Assembly: GCA_030694465.1 (NCBI GenBank)
Contig: JAUXYJ010000018.1
Coordinates: 6,355 to 70,354, forward strand
Length of the DNA: 64,000 nt
Origin: Deltaproteobacteria bacterium
Lineage (GTDB): Bacteria; Myxococcota_A; Polyangia; Polyangiales; Ga0077539
Direction of reading: 5' to 3'
Under the pieces are notes generated by a model. That model worked only from the letters and a program-made list of their open reading frames with translations. It did no database searches and was not told the DNA's origin. Within the stretch, counting starts at the first letter, position 1; every line of letters begins with the position of its first letter. Below are positions 7,322 through 17,434 of this stretch, piece after piece. Both the position numbers and the translations under genes were made by a program.

Positions 7322-8233
7322 GTGTCACGAGACTCGGACACCACCAGCCCAGAGCACACCATGATCATGCGCGTCGAGCGCACGGTCTCGGAAGGGCCTA
7401 AGGGCGCATGCCTCGTCGTAATCTACGGCGCGCAGATTGGCCGACGGATTGAGCTGGTCGGTGCTCCGTTAGTTATTGGCCGCTCGCCACGCAGTGATTT
7501 GCAGCTCGACGAAGAGAGCGTCTCGCGGCAACACGTGCGGTTCGAGCCGCTGCCCGAGAGCGTCGAAGGCAATGGCTGGCAGGTGGTCGATCTTGAGAGC
7601 ACCAACGGCACCTACGTCAACGACGTGGTCACCGCGCGTGCGACCCTGAGGCACGGCGACCAGATCCAAGTAGGCCGCTCAATCCTGCGTTTTCTCGAAG
7701 GAAACAGCATCGAACGCGCCTACCACGAAGAGATCTACAACCTCATGTCGATGGACGGTCTCACGCAGCTGCGCAACCGCAGGGCGTTTGACGAGTCACT
7801 CGTCGAAGAGATCCTTCGCAGCCAGCGTTTCGGTCGACCGCTGAGCATCAGCGTCATCGACGTGGACAAGTTTAAGCTCGTCAACGACCAGTACGGTCAC
7901 CTCGCGGGCGACGCGATCCTCCGACAAATCGGCACCATCCTTCGCAATAACATCCGCAAGAACGACATCGCGGGTCGGCTCGGCGGCGAAGAGTTTGGCG
8001 TGATCCTTCCCGAGGTCGATCGCGTCGGCGGCGTCGTGGCGGCAGAGAAGCTGCGGCGCTTGGTCGAGTCCCATCGCTTCGAATTCGATCGCACCGTGAT
8101 CCCCGTCACGATCTCGATGGGGGTCATCGAGCGCTTGCCCAAAGAGCGCGAGCCCAACGAGCTGATCAAGCGCGCGGACGAGCTGCTCTACAGGGCCAAG
8201 CACAACGGCCGCAACCGCGTCGAGAGCGCGTAG
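7322..8233 (+). CDS. FHA domain-containing diguanylate cyclase (GGDEF)
   Basis: FHA signature (GRS...SRQH...STNGTYVN), then RNRRAF...GGEEFGVILP and a C-terminal AD.LLY.AK..GRN. Confidence 0.9.
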   Translation: MSRDSDTTSPEHTMIMRVERTVSEGPKGACLVVIYGAQIGRRIELVGAPLVIGRSPRSDLQLDEESVSRQHVRFEPLPESVEGNGWQVVDLESTNGTYVNDVVTARATLRHGDQIQVGRSILRFLEGNSIERAYHEEIYNLMSMDGLTQLRNRRAFDESLVEEILRSQRFGRPLSISVIDVDKFKLVNDQYGHLAGDAILRQIGTILRNNIRKNDIAGRLGGEEFGVILPEVDRVGGVVAAEKLRRLVESHRFEFDRTVIPVTISMGVIERLPKEREPNELIKRADELLYRAKHNGRNRVESA

Positions 8234-8492
8234 TGAGCCAAGAGAGTCGCTGGATGGTCGAGCCATTCGCGGCGGGTGCGACACGCACTTGGCTTGAATA
8301 TTTGCAGCGCTGAATGGCTCTGCTCGCCGCGCGATTGCGTCGCAGGCTCCCCAATGAATGACAGCGTGTAGAGGCCTTCTTGGTGGCTCTGGACGTTGCT
8401 CTCGCCGACGCTGGGAGGACTGTTCGCAGGGATGATCTTGCACTGGTTCGTCCCCAGTGCTGCTGTCCCCCCGGCAGCTCGCTCAGCCTCGC

Positions 8493-10199
8493 TCAGCCAA
8501 TGGGTGGCTGCGCGGTGTTGGCCGGCACAATGATAAACACGTCGCGGCGGTCCACCTCGGACATCGCGCGCCCAAGCACGACGATGGTCGCGCGATAGAG
8601 CGTCGCGGCGGTCCCACCAGGCTGAAAGTCGTTGTAAAAATCGACTTCGAACTCAACGATCGCGTCGGGCGACACGTTGTAGAACGTGGTCATGTCACGG
8701 CGCGCGTAGCCCGCAGGCGCCTCAGGCGTCGCCCCAACGGGCGTGACCGAGCGCAAGAACTCCGCGGTGGTGCGCCCCATGGGCAAGCGCATCTCCATGC
8801 GATCCGGATCGGTCCGCGTGGTGATGTCCTGCCGCGACTGTCCCGCGATCGTGGTGATCGCCGAGACCACGTTGGCAGCGACCGTAGCAGGGGCCCCGCG
8901 GAATGTGATGGGTTGTCCCATGCCGTCGAAGGTCATGGTCGCGCGGGCGAGAGTGGTCGACGCCGCCTGAGTGCTTCCGCCGCCCACATCAATCCCAATG
9001 AAGTACGCACCTCGCGCGACCATCTCGCGCTGAAGGTCTGAATACACCGGAACAGCGAATGAATAGTTGTTGGGGAGGCCGGGGCCGTTGTGCCATGGAG
9101 CGTCGGAGAAGAGCACCATGATCGGTACACGGCCTGGCAAGAAGCAGCCCCAGCCGTAGGGCGTGGGCTCATCGGGAGCCATCCCGCAGTCCCGTACAGG
9201 ATCCATGCGACGCGTGGCGGTGCCGTAGTACAAAGGATGCCCGCTGCCTTCGATGAGGGCGTGCATCGCGGGCATTTGGGACTCAGGGCCGTCACCACCA
9301 CCATTGGCTGCCAGCCGACCGGTCGCGGTCTGCACCAACGCAGCGTTGGGCGTAAGTCGCTGATGCACCCTCACACAGCCGTCGGGGTTGCTCCCGCCTC
9401 GGTCAAAGTCCCCGTGCGCAGCGAGTCCGTAGCGGATGTTGCCCATCGGCCCGATTGCGCTCACGATGCCTGGGACGATCGTTCGCATCAGGCTGCTCTG
9501 GACCGCGGCAATCGTCGCTCCCATCGAGCCCGTTGTGTCGACCAAGAAGAACACGTCCGCCGCACGAATTCGGGTCTGAAACGTAAACCGCCGCTGCACG
9601 TGGGGGCCCATCTCCGCCGGTGGGTGGTAGGGCAGGGTCACGTAGAGCGAGCCTGTGGGGGGCATGGACGCGGGGTCCGCGGGGTTGCTCCCGGTGACGC
9701 GCTCGGTGAGGTCTGGGACGCCGTCCATGTCGCTGTCTTCGGCGCAAGAGTTCGTGCCCGCCATACGCTCTTCGGCGTCGCTCAGGCCGTCGTTGTCCGA
9801 GTCGAGGTCTCTAAAATTGGGTCGCCCATCGCCGTCACAGTCGTCGGCAGTGATCCCACAGACGAGCGTCGGTCGCGGGGGCATGACGCCCGTGTAATTG
9901 CCCACAGCCTCGTCGATGTCGGGGATGCCGTCACCGTCCGAGTCCGGGTCCATCGAGTCGGGGATCCCGTCCATGTCCGTGTCGCCGTTCTCGAGGTTGT
10001 CGGCGATCCCGTCCATGTCTGTGTCCACACATGGGGGAGGCACGTACGCGTCCGTGCCGCCTCCGCCTCCGTCGACGCCCCCGCCCCCACTGTCGCGTCG
10101 CCCACCATCACCAACAGGGTTTGGTACATCCTCGCCGCAGCCGATCATTGCCACGAGAACAACCGGAGAGAGCACTCCCAACCATCGTTTGCGCATCAT
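8493..10199 (-). CDS. secreted lipoprotein with thrombospondin type-3-like Ca-binding repeats and a VWA domain
   Basis: Lipobox (VAMIGC). DxDxDGxxD repeats (DTDMDGIADN, DPDSDGDGIPD, DLDSDNDGLSD). VWA MIDAS-like FFLVDTTGSM. Confidence 0.8.
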   Translation of the reverse strand: MMRKRWLGVLSPVVLVAMIGCGEDVPNPVGDGGRRDSGGGGVDGGGGGTDAYVPPPCVDTDMDGIADNLENGDTDMDGIPDSMDPDSDGDGIPDIDEAVGNYTGVMPPRPTLVCGITADDCDGDGRPNFRDLDSDNDGLSDAEERMAGTNSCAEDSDMDGVPDLTERVTGSNPADPASMPPTGSLYVTLPYHPPAEMGPHVQRRFTFQTRIRAADVFFLVDTTGSMGATIAAVQSSLMRTIVPGIVSAIGPMGNIRYGLAAHGDFDRGGSNPDGCVRVHQRLTPNAALVQTATGRLAANGGGDGPESQMPAMHALIEGSGHPLYYGTATRRMDPVRDCGMAPDEPTPYGWGCFLPGRVPIMVLFSDAPWHNGPGLPNNYSFAVPVYSDLQREMVARGAYFIGIDVGGGSTQAASTTLARATMTFDGMGQPITFRGAPATVAANVVSAITTIAGQSRQDITTRTDPDRMEMRLPMGRTTAEFLRSVTPVGATPEAPAGYARRDMTTFYNVSPDAIVEFEVDFYNDFQPGGTAATLYRATIVVLGRAMSEVDRRDVFIIVPANTAQPPIG

Positions 10200-10387
10200 G
10201 TCGTGACTCCTTCGAAGGGCGAATCGCTAAAAAAGACAGGTCAAGCAGCGTGGCTTGGGGCCCAGGGTGCAAAGCCCCTGCGCAAGCTACCACAACACTC
10301 TACCTGGAATTTTTCGCGTACGTCACCCCTGCGTACGAAAGATCGCGACGACGCAGCGCTTCTAACGCATGCGATCCGCGTGGAAGT

Positions 10388-12637
10388 CTATTTTAAGAGT
10401 CTCATTGTCCAACGCCCACGGCTATCCACTGCACAGCGCAGCCCCAATCTCCTCACTCGCCGCGCGGCGATCGCGGCTCCGAAGTTGTCGCCTGGAAGCC
10501 CTCGCAGCACTGTGGATGCAACGGCCCGGAGAGCTCCCCTGCTCCCATGAAAAACTCGGACGACTCCCCCTGTGATTGGGAGTGGTGAACCCAACAAGAA
10601 ATCAGAGATCCCATCGCCGTTGATGTCGCCAGAGATGGCGAGCGACTGCCCCAGCCGTTCGGCAGAAGTCGGTCCCTCGATCACCGTTGCGGACGAACTG
10701 AGCATGCCTGCCAATTGTCCGGCAAAAATCAAAGCGCCTCCTGCGTCTGTTCGTGCGGACGGAGACAAGAATGGAACGCCTACGATGAGATCCGCCATCC
10801 CGTCGCCGTTGAGATCGCTGGTTGCACTCATTGGCAAACCGAAAGCGAAGATCATACTGGGCCCCTGCACTCGCTGACGGGGTACTGCCACTGGTCCTGC
10901 ACTGCCTCCAGCAAAGATCCGAATCTCGCCCGTGCCTGTCGGGGTGGTTGCGGCTTGGGCTGTGATTGCCAAGTCTGAGTAGCCATCGGCGTCGAGATCC
11001 CCAGAAGAGATGGCCCCACCAAACAACTCATTCACTCCTCCTTCAATGATTCGAGAAGGCATCATTGAGGGGCCAGTCCTGCTTCCCTGAAAGACACTCA
11101 CCACCCCCGCGGACTGTCGTCCCCCTGGGGTTGCATTGGGTGCTCCGATGGCGAAATCCCCGAACCCATCGCCGTTGAGATCGCCGCCGGACGCCACGGC
11201 TTCGCCAAAGTTGTTGTCTTCTGCTTGTCCGTAAAGCACGAGATAGGGTGTTCTTGCGATCCCAACGCTGCTGCCCAAGAAAACACTTGCTGAACCCACT
11301 CGTGGGAGGCCCATACGAGCTGTGTACGGAGCGCCAATGACGATGTCTGCGTAGCCATCCCCGTTGACATCGCCAACACCTGCAATCGAGCGCCCAAAGT
11401 AGTCGTACTCAGGCGTTGGTCCCTCAAGGACAGCACCTGGTGAGGTCGCCAAACCTCCAGCACCACCCAGGTAAATCTGTGCTTTGTCTCCGGTGTCAGC
11501 CCCCACGATCAAATCCGCGTACCCGTCGCCATTGACGTCCCCTGCGCTCGCAACGGCGCTGCCCAGCCCGTCGCCCGCGTTGACGCCCTCGATCACCGCG
11601 CTCGGGGTGGTCCCGATGCCCGCGGCGCTGCCGTAGAACACCTGCACCACGCCCGCGCCCATGCGCCCGCCTGGGGCGACGTTGCTCGCGCCCACCGCGA
11701 CATCGCCAAAGCCGTCACCGTTAAAATCCGGCTCGGTCCCCCAGGACGTATCCACCGGAGCGCTGCGAAATCCCACGCGAAATTGCCACACAGGGCTCGT
11801 GCGCGATCCCTCGGTTCCGGCTTGTACTCCGCGGAGTCGCCAGTACCAGAGGCCCGGAGCGAGGGCCGCCGCGGGCTGCGCGCGGTTGGCCGCCACGGTC
11901 ATCGATTGGCACATCGCGGTCATCGCGCGATCGCGACACAGCTCGACGCGGGCCATGGTGAGCTCCATCGCGGGTTCCCATCGCAAGGTGGGCCTCTGCG
12001 AGGTGACTGTGCTGGTGCTCATGGGCGCGATCTGTCTGGGAATTCTCAGCTCACACGCGCTGCCCACTCGCTCGTATCCCGGCGCACACGCCACCCCGCA
12101 CATGCCCATCGTGCACGTCGCGATGCCCCCCACAGGGGCCGTGGGACACGCGACGCAGCTCGTCCCACACGAGGCCGGTGAGTCATCCGCCCGGCACTGC
12201 CCATCGCACAGGTGCCTCCCAGGGTTGCACGTGACCTCGCACATCCCCGCGTTGCACGACTCAGTGCCCCCAAGGACCACCGGACACGCGCGCTCACAGC
12301 GGCCACAGTTGCGCGGATCTGTCTGCAAATTTGCACATGACATCCCACATTGAGCTTGCCCTGTCTCGCACCCGGCGACGTCGCCGGATGTCTCGGCTGC
12401 GTCGAAGCTCGCGTCTCGGGTCCCGCCCTCGAAGATCGCGCCGTCGGGGCCGTAGCAGGTCTGCATACGAGTCGAGATTTCACACGATGTAATGCACATC
12501 TCGATCGACGAGAAATACTGCGCGGGCGCAGTGCACCTCGGCGGTGGCGTCGTGCACCCTACGCCCACGAGCCCGATCCCCAACAACCATCCAGCGCCCC
12601 AAGTCCATCGTCCCACCACAGTCATCTGAGCCTCCAA
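10388..12637 (-). CDS. FG-GAP (integrin alpha-like) repeat lipoprotein with a Cys-rich N-terminal region
   Basis: Lipobox (GVGC). NCGRCERAC-type Cys modules. Multiple FG-GAP/Ca motifs (DFNGDGFGDVAVGA, DVNGDGYADLIVGA and others). Confidence 0.85.
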   Translation of the reverse strand: MEAQMTVVGRWTWGAGWLLGIGLVGVGCTTPPPRCTAPAQYFSSIEMCITSCEISTRMQTCYGPDGAIFEGGTRDASFDAAETSGDVAGCETGQAQCGMSCANLQTDPRNCGRCERACPVVLGGTESCNAGMCEVTCNPGRHLCDGQCRADDSPASCGTSCVACPTAPVGGIATCTMGMCGVACAPGYERVGSACELRIPRQIAPMSTSTVTSQRPTLRWEPAMELTMARVELCRDRAMTAMCQSMTVAANRAQPAAALAPGLWYWRLRGVQAGTEGSRTSPVWQFRVGFRSAPVDTSWGTEPDFNGDGFGDVAVGASNVAPGGRMGAGVVQVFYGSAAGIGTTPSAVIEGVNAGDGLGSAVASAGDVNGDGYADLIVGADTGDKAQIYLGGAGGLATSPGAVLEGPTPEYDYFGRSIAGVGDVNGDGYADIVIGAPYTARMGLPRVGSASVFLGSSVGIARTPYLVLYGQAEDNNFGEAVASGGDLNGDGFGDFAIGAPNATPGGRQSAGVVSVFQGSRTGPSMMPSRIIEGGVNELFGGAISSGDLDADGYSDLAITAQAATTPTGTGEIRIFAGGSAGPVAVPRQRVQGPSMIFAFGLPMSATSDLNGDGMADLIVGVPFLSPSARTDAGGALIFAGQLAGMLSSSATVIEGPTSAERLGQSLAISGDINGDGISDFLLGSPLPITGGVVRVFHGSRGALRAVASTVLRGLPGDNFGAAIAARRVRRLGLRCAVDSRGRWTMRLLK

Positions 12638-12781
12638 GCACGATCCTAGTGTCCGTCAGTCGACGCTAGGCACCGATGCCCGCGCGCGTCAATCACTCGC
12701 AGACAACGCACGCAAGGCGGCCGCTGCGAGCGCCAGTGGTCGTGAGGACACGGGCCGAGGTTGCGCGAATTCGGCCTAAAA

Positions 12782-14650
12782 TCAGCGCGAAACACGCACC
12801 GGGGTGTCGCTCCCGTCGGGATTGATCCGAAACGCGTAGCTCTCGCCCGCGACGCCCTTCGAGGTCACCAACACCACGGCGCGCCCGTCTCGCACAAAGA
12901 CCGAAATGGTGTTCTCGATCTGCACGCCCTCGTGCTCGCTGTCATCGAAGATCACGCGATCGCGCGCCTCGGACAAGCCCACCAGGGGCGCCAAGCGATA
13001 GCGCAGACCGCCGCCACCGCGCAGCGAATACACCGCCAGAACTTGGTTTCCCATCGGCGCGATCACTGGGTCTACGTCGACATCGATCGACGCGGCGCGC
13101 TCGTGAGCGCATCCCGTTTGAGTGCATGTCGTGACGTGCGCCATGGGCACCGGCGTGGGCTCAAACCAAGCCATGCGGAGCGTGTCTCCATCGCAGGCGA
13201 TCACGCCTGGCCGACCCTCGGTGCGCACAGGCGCGCGCAGCTCTCCGTTGACGGCCCAGAGCACCGTGGCGTGGTCGTCGTTGCTGTACGCGACCACCGC
13301 GGTCGAACCGTCGCGCGTGCGGCACCCCTCGATGCGCGCGTCCGTCACCCAGGGGCCTCGGACCACGGCGCGCTCGCTCACCGTGCTCAACCGCGGAGCA
13401 CCCTGTGGGTCCGCGGTGATCGTCCCGGCGTACAACACGCCCTCGCGACGATTGCTCGCTGAATTCGCTGCATCGGGCGAGCTCGCAGAGGCATCGGTGG
13501 GCGCCCCCGCGTCGTTTGCGCTGGGCTGTGCGCTGCTGACCGTGCGCTCTCCGAGGGCCACAAACACAGGGCCCACCAGCGCGCTCGCGACCCTGCGCGA
13601 GAGCACCAACGGTTGATCAATCCATCGCCACTCGGGGAGCTGCTCAGCGCTCAGCGTGCTGCGCAAATGCGTCCCGAGCGAGAGCACGTTGGTGTCTGTG
13701 GGCCAGCGCGCGGCGAACACCGTGGACGCGGTCACGTAGGCGCCCACCAGCGGCTCGCTCAGCGCGAGGGCGTCGAGGTAGGCGCGCACGGGAGCCTCAG
13801 CCCCAGCCCCGCGGCCCGAGTAAATCATCGGCTCGCCGTCGTCCGCGCTCGAGATCCACGGCGCGCTCACGCGGTCCATGCTGGCACGACGAACACACGA
13901 GGCGTGGGCGAGGGCAAGCTCGCCCGTGTGATCAAACGTGCAGATGCGGCGCTCGGTTCCCATGAGCAATCGCAGGGCGTTGTGGCTCAGTGGGTCCTGC
14001 GCGACCACGCGCCCATTGTCGGTCCCGGCGACGAGGGCGTCGAGCAGTGGCGCCGCGCGAGGCTCCACCGGCGCAGGCGGAGTCAGGGCCGTGACCGCTG
14101 CGCGCGAAGCGGGCAAGTGTGCCTGATCGACTGCGACGTAGAGCTCATCGAGGTACTTGCGGCGGTCTTCGCGGCCCGTGTGAAGCTCACCGATTTCGAG
14201 GTCCGACGCGGCCTGTGAGACCACCATGGCCAAAATCCGGTGACCACGCTCGTCGCTCTTGGAGTCAAAGAGCGCGCGGGTCATCAGGCTCGCATGCGTC
14301 GCGCAGCGATAGGGCCACTCGCGCAACCTGGCGCGAGCCGGAAGACGCGCATTTCGCGTGGGCATTCCCAGCTCAATCTTGCGCGCGGTGCGGGCAATCT
14401 GGCCCACCGACACGCCCGGGCCCACGAGGCACTGAGACAAATTCGCCCAGGCGTCCGCAGCGTACTGCAGCTGTGTGGCCTTGCGCTCGGCCGCGTTCTT
14501 GTTGTTGAGCGCGAACATCCCCGCCGCGCTCATGCCGACAAGCGCGAGAAGTCCCAGTGTTTTTGCAGACACTCTGCGGTTGACGGGTTCGAGCCCGAGG
14601 TCTTCGTCGGGGCGCTGTGGCTCGGTCGGTGGATCGTCGTGTTCGCTCAT
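12782..14650 (-). CDS. hypothetical single-pass membrane protein
   Basis: 622-aa ORF with an acidic N-terminus followed by a TM segment (LGLLALVGMSAAGMFAL). No family recognised. Confidence 0.6.
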   Translation of the reverse strand: MSEHDDPPTEPQRPDEDLGLEPVNRRVSAKTLGLLALVGMSAAGMFALNNKNAAERKATQLQYAADAWANLSQCLVGPGVSVGQIARTARKIELGMPTRNARLPARARLREWPYRCATHASLMTRALFDSKSDERGHRILAMVVSQAASDLEIGELHTGREDRRKYLDELYVAVDQAHLPASRAAVTALTPPAPVEPRAAPLLDALVAGTDNGRVVAQDPLSHNALRLLMGTERRICTFDHTGELALAHASCVRRASMDRVSAPWISSADDGEPMIYSGRGAGAEAPVRAYLDALALSEPLVGAYVTASTVFAARWPTDTNVLSLGTHLRSTLSAEQLPEWRWIDQPLVLSRRVASALVGPVFVALGERTVSSAQPSANDAGAPTDASASSPDAANSASNRREGVLYAGTITADPQGAPRLSTVSERAVVRGPWVTDARIEGCRTRDGSTAVVAYSNDDHATVLWAVNGELRAPVRTEGRPGVIACDGDTLRMAWFEPTPVPMAHVTTCTQTGCAHERAASIDVDVDPVIAPMGNQVLAVYSLRGGGGLRYRLAPLVGLSEARDRVIFDDSEHEGVQIENTISVFVRDGRAVVLVTSKGVAGESYAFRINPDGSDTPVRVSR

Positions 14651-14662
14651 GATGGGTCTCGT

Positions 14663-15862
14663 TCAGGACACCGGTTGTTCGTCGAGGTTCCCGCTCGCGT
14701 GGGTCTGTTCGCGCTCAATCGCATCGAAGAGCGCGCGAAAGTTACCCTCGCCGAAGCCGGGATAGCCTCGCCGCGCGATCAGCTCGAAGAAGAAGGGCCC
14801 CGCCTCGCGCTCGCTGTACAAGAGCGCCGCTTCTTTCATAAAGATCTGCGTCATGTACTTGTCGTCGCGACCATCGACCAGAATCTGCAGCGCCCGCAGA
14901 GTCTCGATGTCTTCGACCAAGTTGCTCACTTTGCGCTCGGCCATGCGCTCGGGGAGCGCGTCGTAGTAGCTCCCCGGAGTCCCGAGAAATTCCACGCCGT
15001 TCTCGCGCAGGTCGCGCACGGTTGAGACCAAATCGTTCATCAAGAGGGCGGCGTGCTGCACCCCTGCGCCCGCGTTGTCGTCGACAAATTTTGCGATCTG
15101 CGAGGCGTCCCATCGAGGCCGCAGAGGCTCGTTGTTTGCAAACTTAATCCCGGACTCTGGGTCCCACATGACCGTGGATTTAAGACCAGATCCTGCGCCC
15201 TTGCGCAGATCGTCGGTGTGAAATTTTACATCCCAGTAGCGCTCAAACCCCAAGACGTGCTCGAGCCACAACAGGTGCGGTGCCATCGTGCGCATGTTGG
15301 ACGTGATGTGATCAATCAGCGCGATCCCAAACCGGTTGGGTGAGTCGTCATGGGGTACCGCGCGCATCGACGGCGAAAAAAGCGGGTAGTTCTCGCGCTC
15401 GACGAAGCGAAAACGCACCTCGCCCAAGGGGGTCGCGACCTCGAACGCGCGGTAGTGCCCGCCGTCGCGTGTGTCTTCTTCGAGCTCCGCGAGCACCGTC
15501 GCGCCGCGAGACTCCAGGACCCGCAGCGTGTGCGCCGCGTCGCGCACCGTAAACGCCAGCGTTGTCACGCCCGCCGGGTGTCTACGAAGATACTTGGCGG
15601 CCTGCGAGTCGTCGCGCTCGGGGCGCGTGACCACGACCCGCGCGTCGCCCGCGGCGTACACATCCGAGCGCTCGCCCCGCGCCTCGATCGCTGCCTCAGA
15701 GCTCGTCGCGATGAGCCGAAAATCGAGCTTTTCTGCGTAGAAACTCCGCGACCGCTCGGCATCGTGCACCGCAAAGTGAAACGAGTCGTATCCCAATAGT
15801 CCCAGCGATTCTTTGGCCACAGTCGTGCGCTCCTCGGTGGACGATCGCCGCGCGCCATGCAC
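14663..15862 (-). CDS. hppD: 4-hydroxyphenylpyruvate dioxygenase
   Basis: Two VOC-fold halves and the C-terminal FFFELI.RRG..GFGEGNFRALFDAIEREQ signature. Confidence 0.85.
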   Translation of the reverse strand: MHGARRSSTEERTTVAKESLGLLGYDSFHFAVHDAERSRSFYAEKLDFRLIATSSEAAIEARGERSDVYAAGDARVVVTRPERDDSQAAKYLRRHPAGVTTLAFTVRDAAHTLRVLESRGATVLAELEEDTRDGGHYRAFEVATPLGEVRFRFVERENYPLFSPSMRAVPHDDSPNRFGIALIDHITSNMRTMAPHLLWLEHVLGFERYWDVKFHTDDLRKGAGSGLKSTVMWDPESGIKFANNEPLRPRWDASQIAKFVDDNAGAGVQHAALLMNDLVSTVRDLRENGVEFLGTPGSYYDALPERMAERKVSNLVEDIETLRALQILVDGRDDKYMTQIFMKEAALLYSEREAGPFFFELIARRGYPGFGEGNFRALFDAIEREQTHASGNLDEQPVS

Positions 15863-15956
15863 ATCAGCAGGGGCACTGTGCGTCGTGCTGCCAGTGCCCT
15901 ACAGGACTGCACGCGCCGTGGTCAATCGCGCACCGCGGCAGAGCAGCGCTTCGCTC

Positions 15957-17351
15957 TCAGCGCGCCAGGCGTTCGGTCAACCGCGTGATCGCAGACTCGG
16001 CCGCGGCTTGCACGCGGCGCTTGGCCGGCGCACCCAAGAGATCCCTGCGCTCGACCGCGCGCTCGGGCTCTAGCACCGAGTAAATTCCCTGATCAAACGC
16101 GGGGTGCTCTTCGAGGTATACGGGCAGCGGCAGGCTCGCGAGGTCCGTCTTGGCCTCGATCGCGCGGGCCACCAAGCGCCCCGCGACCGCGTGCGCGTCG
16201 CGAAAGGCCACGCCCTTCTCGACGAGATAATCCGCAGCCTCGGTCGCGTTGACAAATCCCGCATCGAGCGCCCGGCGCATGCGCTCTGCGTCAAACCGCG
16301 CGGCCAAGATCACGCGCTCGAGGACCTCGAGGCAGCGATCGACCTGCGAGACCGCGTCAAACACTGGCGGTTTGTCTTCTTGCAGGTCGCGGTTGTAGCC
16401 AAGCGGCAGCCCCTTGAGTGTCACCAACAGCGCCACGAGAGAGCCCACGACTCGGCCCGTCTTGCCGCGTACGACCTCGGCCACGTCCGGGTTTTTCTTC
16501 TGCGGCATCATCGACGAGCCCGTCGTGTGCGCGTCGGCCATCTCGACGAAGGCAAACTCTTGCGTCGACCAGAGCACCAGCTCTTCGCTCAATCGCGACA
16601 GATGTGTCGCGACAATGGCGAGCGCGCTCAAGAGCTCGAGCAAGAAATCTCGGTCGCCCGTTGCGTCGATCGAGTTGCGCATCGGCCTGCTAAATCCCAG
16701 GTCTCTCGCGGTCTGTTCTCGGTCGAGCGCGAAGGTCGTTCCGGCGACGGCGCCCGAGCCCAGCGGACACTCGTTGAGGCGCTGCTCGCAGTCGCTCAGG
16801 CGCCCGCGGTCGCGGTCAAGCATCTCGACGTAGGCGAGCAGGTGATGGCTTAGCCGCGAGGGCTGCGCGCGCTGCAAGTGCGTGTACGCAGGCATGAGCA
16901 CGTCGACCTCGCCCGCCGCGCGCTGCGCGAGCGCGAGGGCCAGCTGATCGACGCGCTTGCCCACGCGTTGGCACGCGGCGCGAGACCACAGGCGCATGTC
17001 CGTGGCGACCTGGTCGTTGCGTGAACGACCGGTGTGCAGCCGCGCCCCGGCCACCCCGATGCGATCGGTGAGGGCGCCCTCGATGTTCATGTGAACGTCC
17101 TCGCGCGCGGGGTCGAAGACAAAGGTTTTGTTAGTGATTTCGCTCGCGATTTGCGTGAGCCCGGCGACGATCGCGTCGCGTTCTTCAGCGCTTAACACGC
17201 CGATGCTGCAGAGCATGGTCGCGTGCGCGATTGAGCCCTGCACATCCACCTCGCCGAGCGCGCCGTCTACCTCGACGCTGGCCAAAAACTTCGAAGCGAC
17301 CTCATCGAGGTCTTCAGAAAACCGTCCGCCCCAAGCCTTGTGTGTCGCCAT
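15957..17351 (-). CDS. argH: argininosuccinate lyase
   Basis: N-terminal WGGRFSE and the fumarate-lyase signature GSSMMPQKKNPD. Confidence 0.95.
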   Translation of the reverse strand: MATHKAWGGRFSEDLDEVASKFLASVEVDGALGEVDVQGSIAHATMLCSIGVLSAEERDAIVAGLTQIASEITNKTFVFDPAREDVHMNIEGALTDRIGVAGARLHTGRSRNDQVATDMRLWSRAACQRVGKRVDQLALALAQRAAGEVDVLMPAYTHLQRAQPSRLSHHLLAYVEMLDRDRGRLSDCEQRLNECPLGSGAVAGTTFALDREQTARDLGFSRPMRNSIDATGDRDFLLELLSALAIVATHLSRLSEELVLWSTQEFAFVEMADAHTTGSSMMPQKKNPDVAEVVRGKTGRVVGSLVALLVTLKGLPLGYNRDLQEDKPPVFDAVSQVDRCLEVLERVILAARFDAERMRRALDAGFVNATEAADYLVEKGVAFRDAHAVAGRLVARAIEAKTDLASLPLPVYLEEHPAFDQGIYSVLEPERAVERRDLLGAPAKRRVQAAAESAITRLTERLAR

Positions 17352-17434
17352 GGATTCTTCTCAAACACTTTCAGAAAGGTAGCTCGCCGCGGCGCGCAGT
17401 GAGCGGGTCTTGACTCAGTAAAATACCTAGCAAA

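Noticed and set aside
9090-10550. 486-aa plus-strand ORF
   Set aside because: It is antisense to the VWA/TSP3 lipoprotein gene. Its product is Arg/His/Val-rich.
12740-12775. GGCCGAG...TTCGGCC hairpin after the 12782-14650 gene
   Set aside because: On the gene's own (minus) strand the T-run precedes the hairpin, not follows it. On the plus strand no T-run follows. It is not a convincing terminator.
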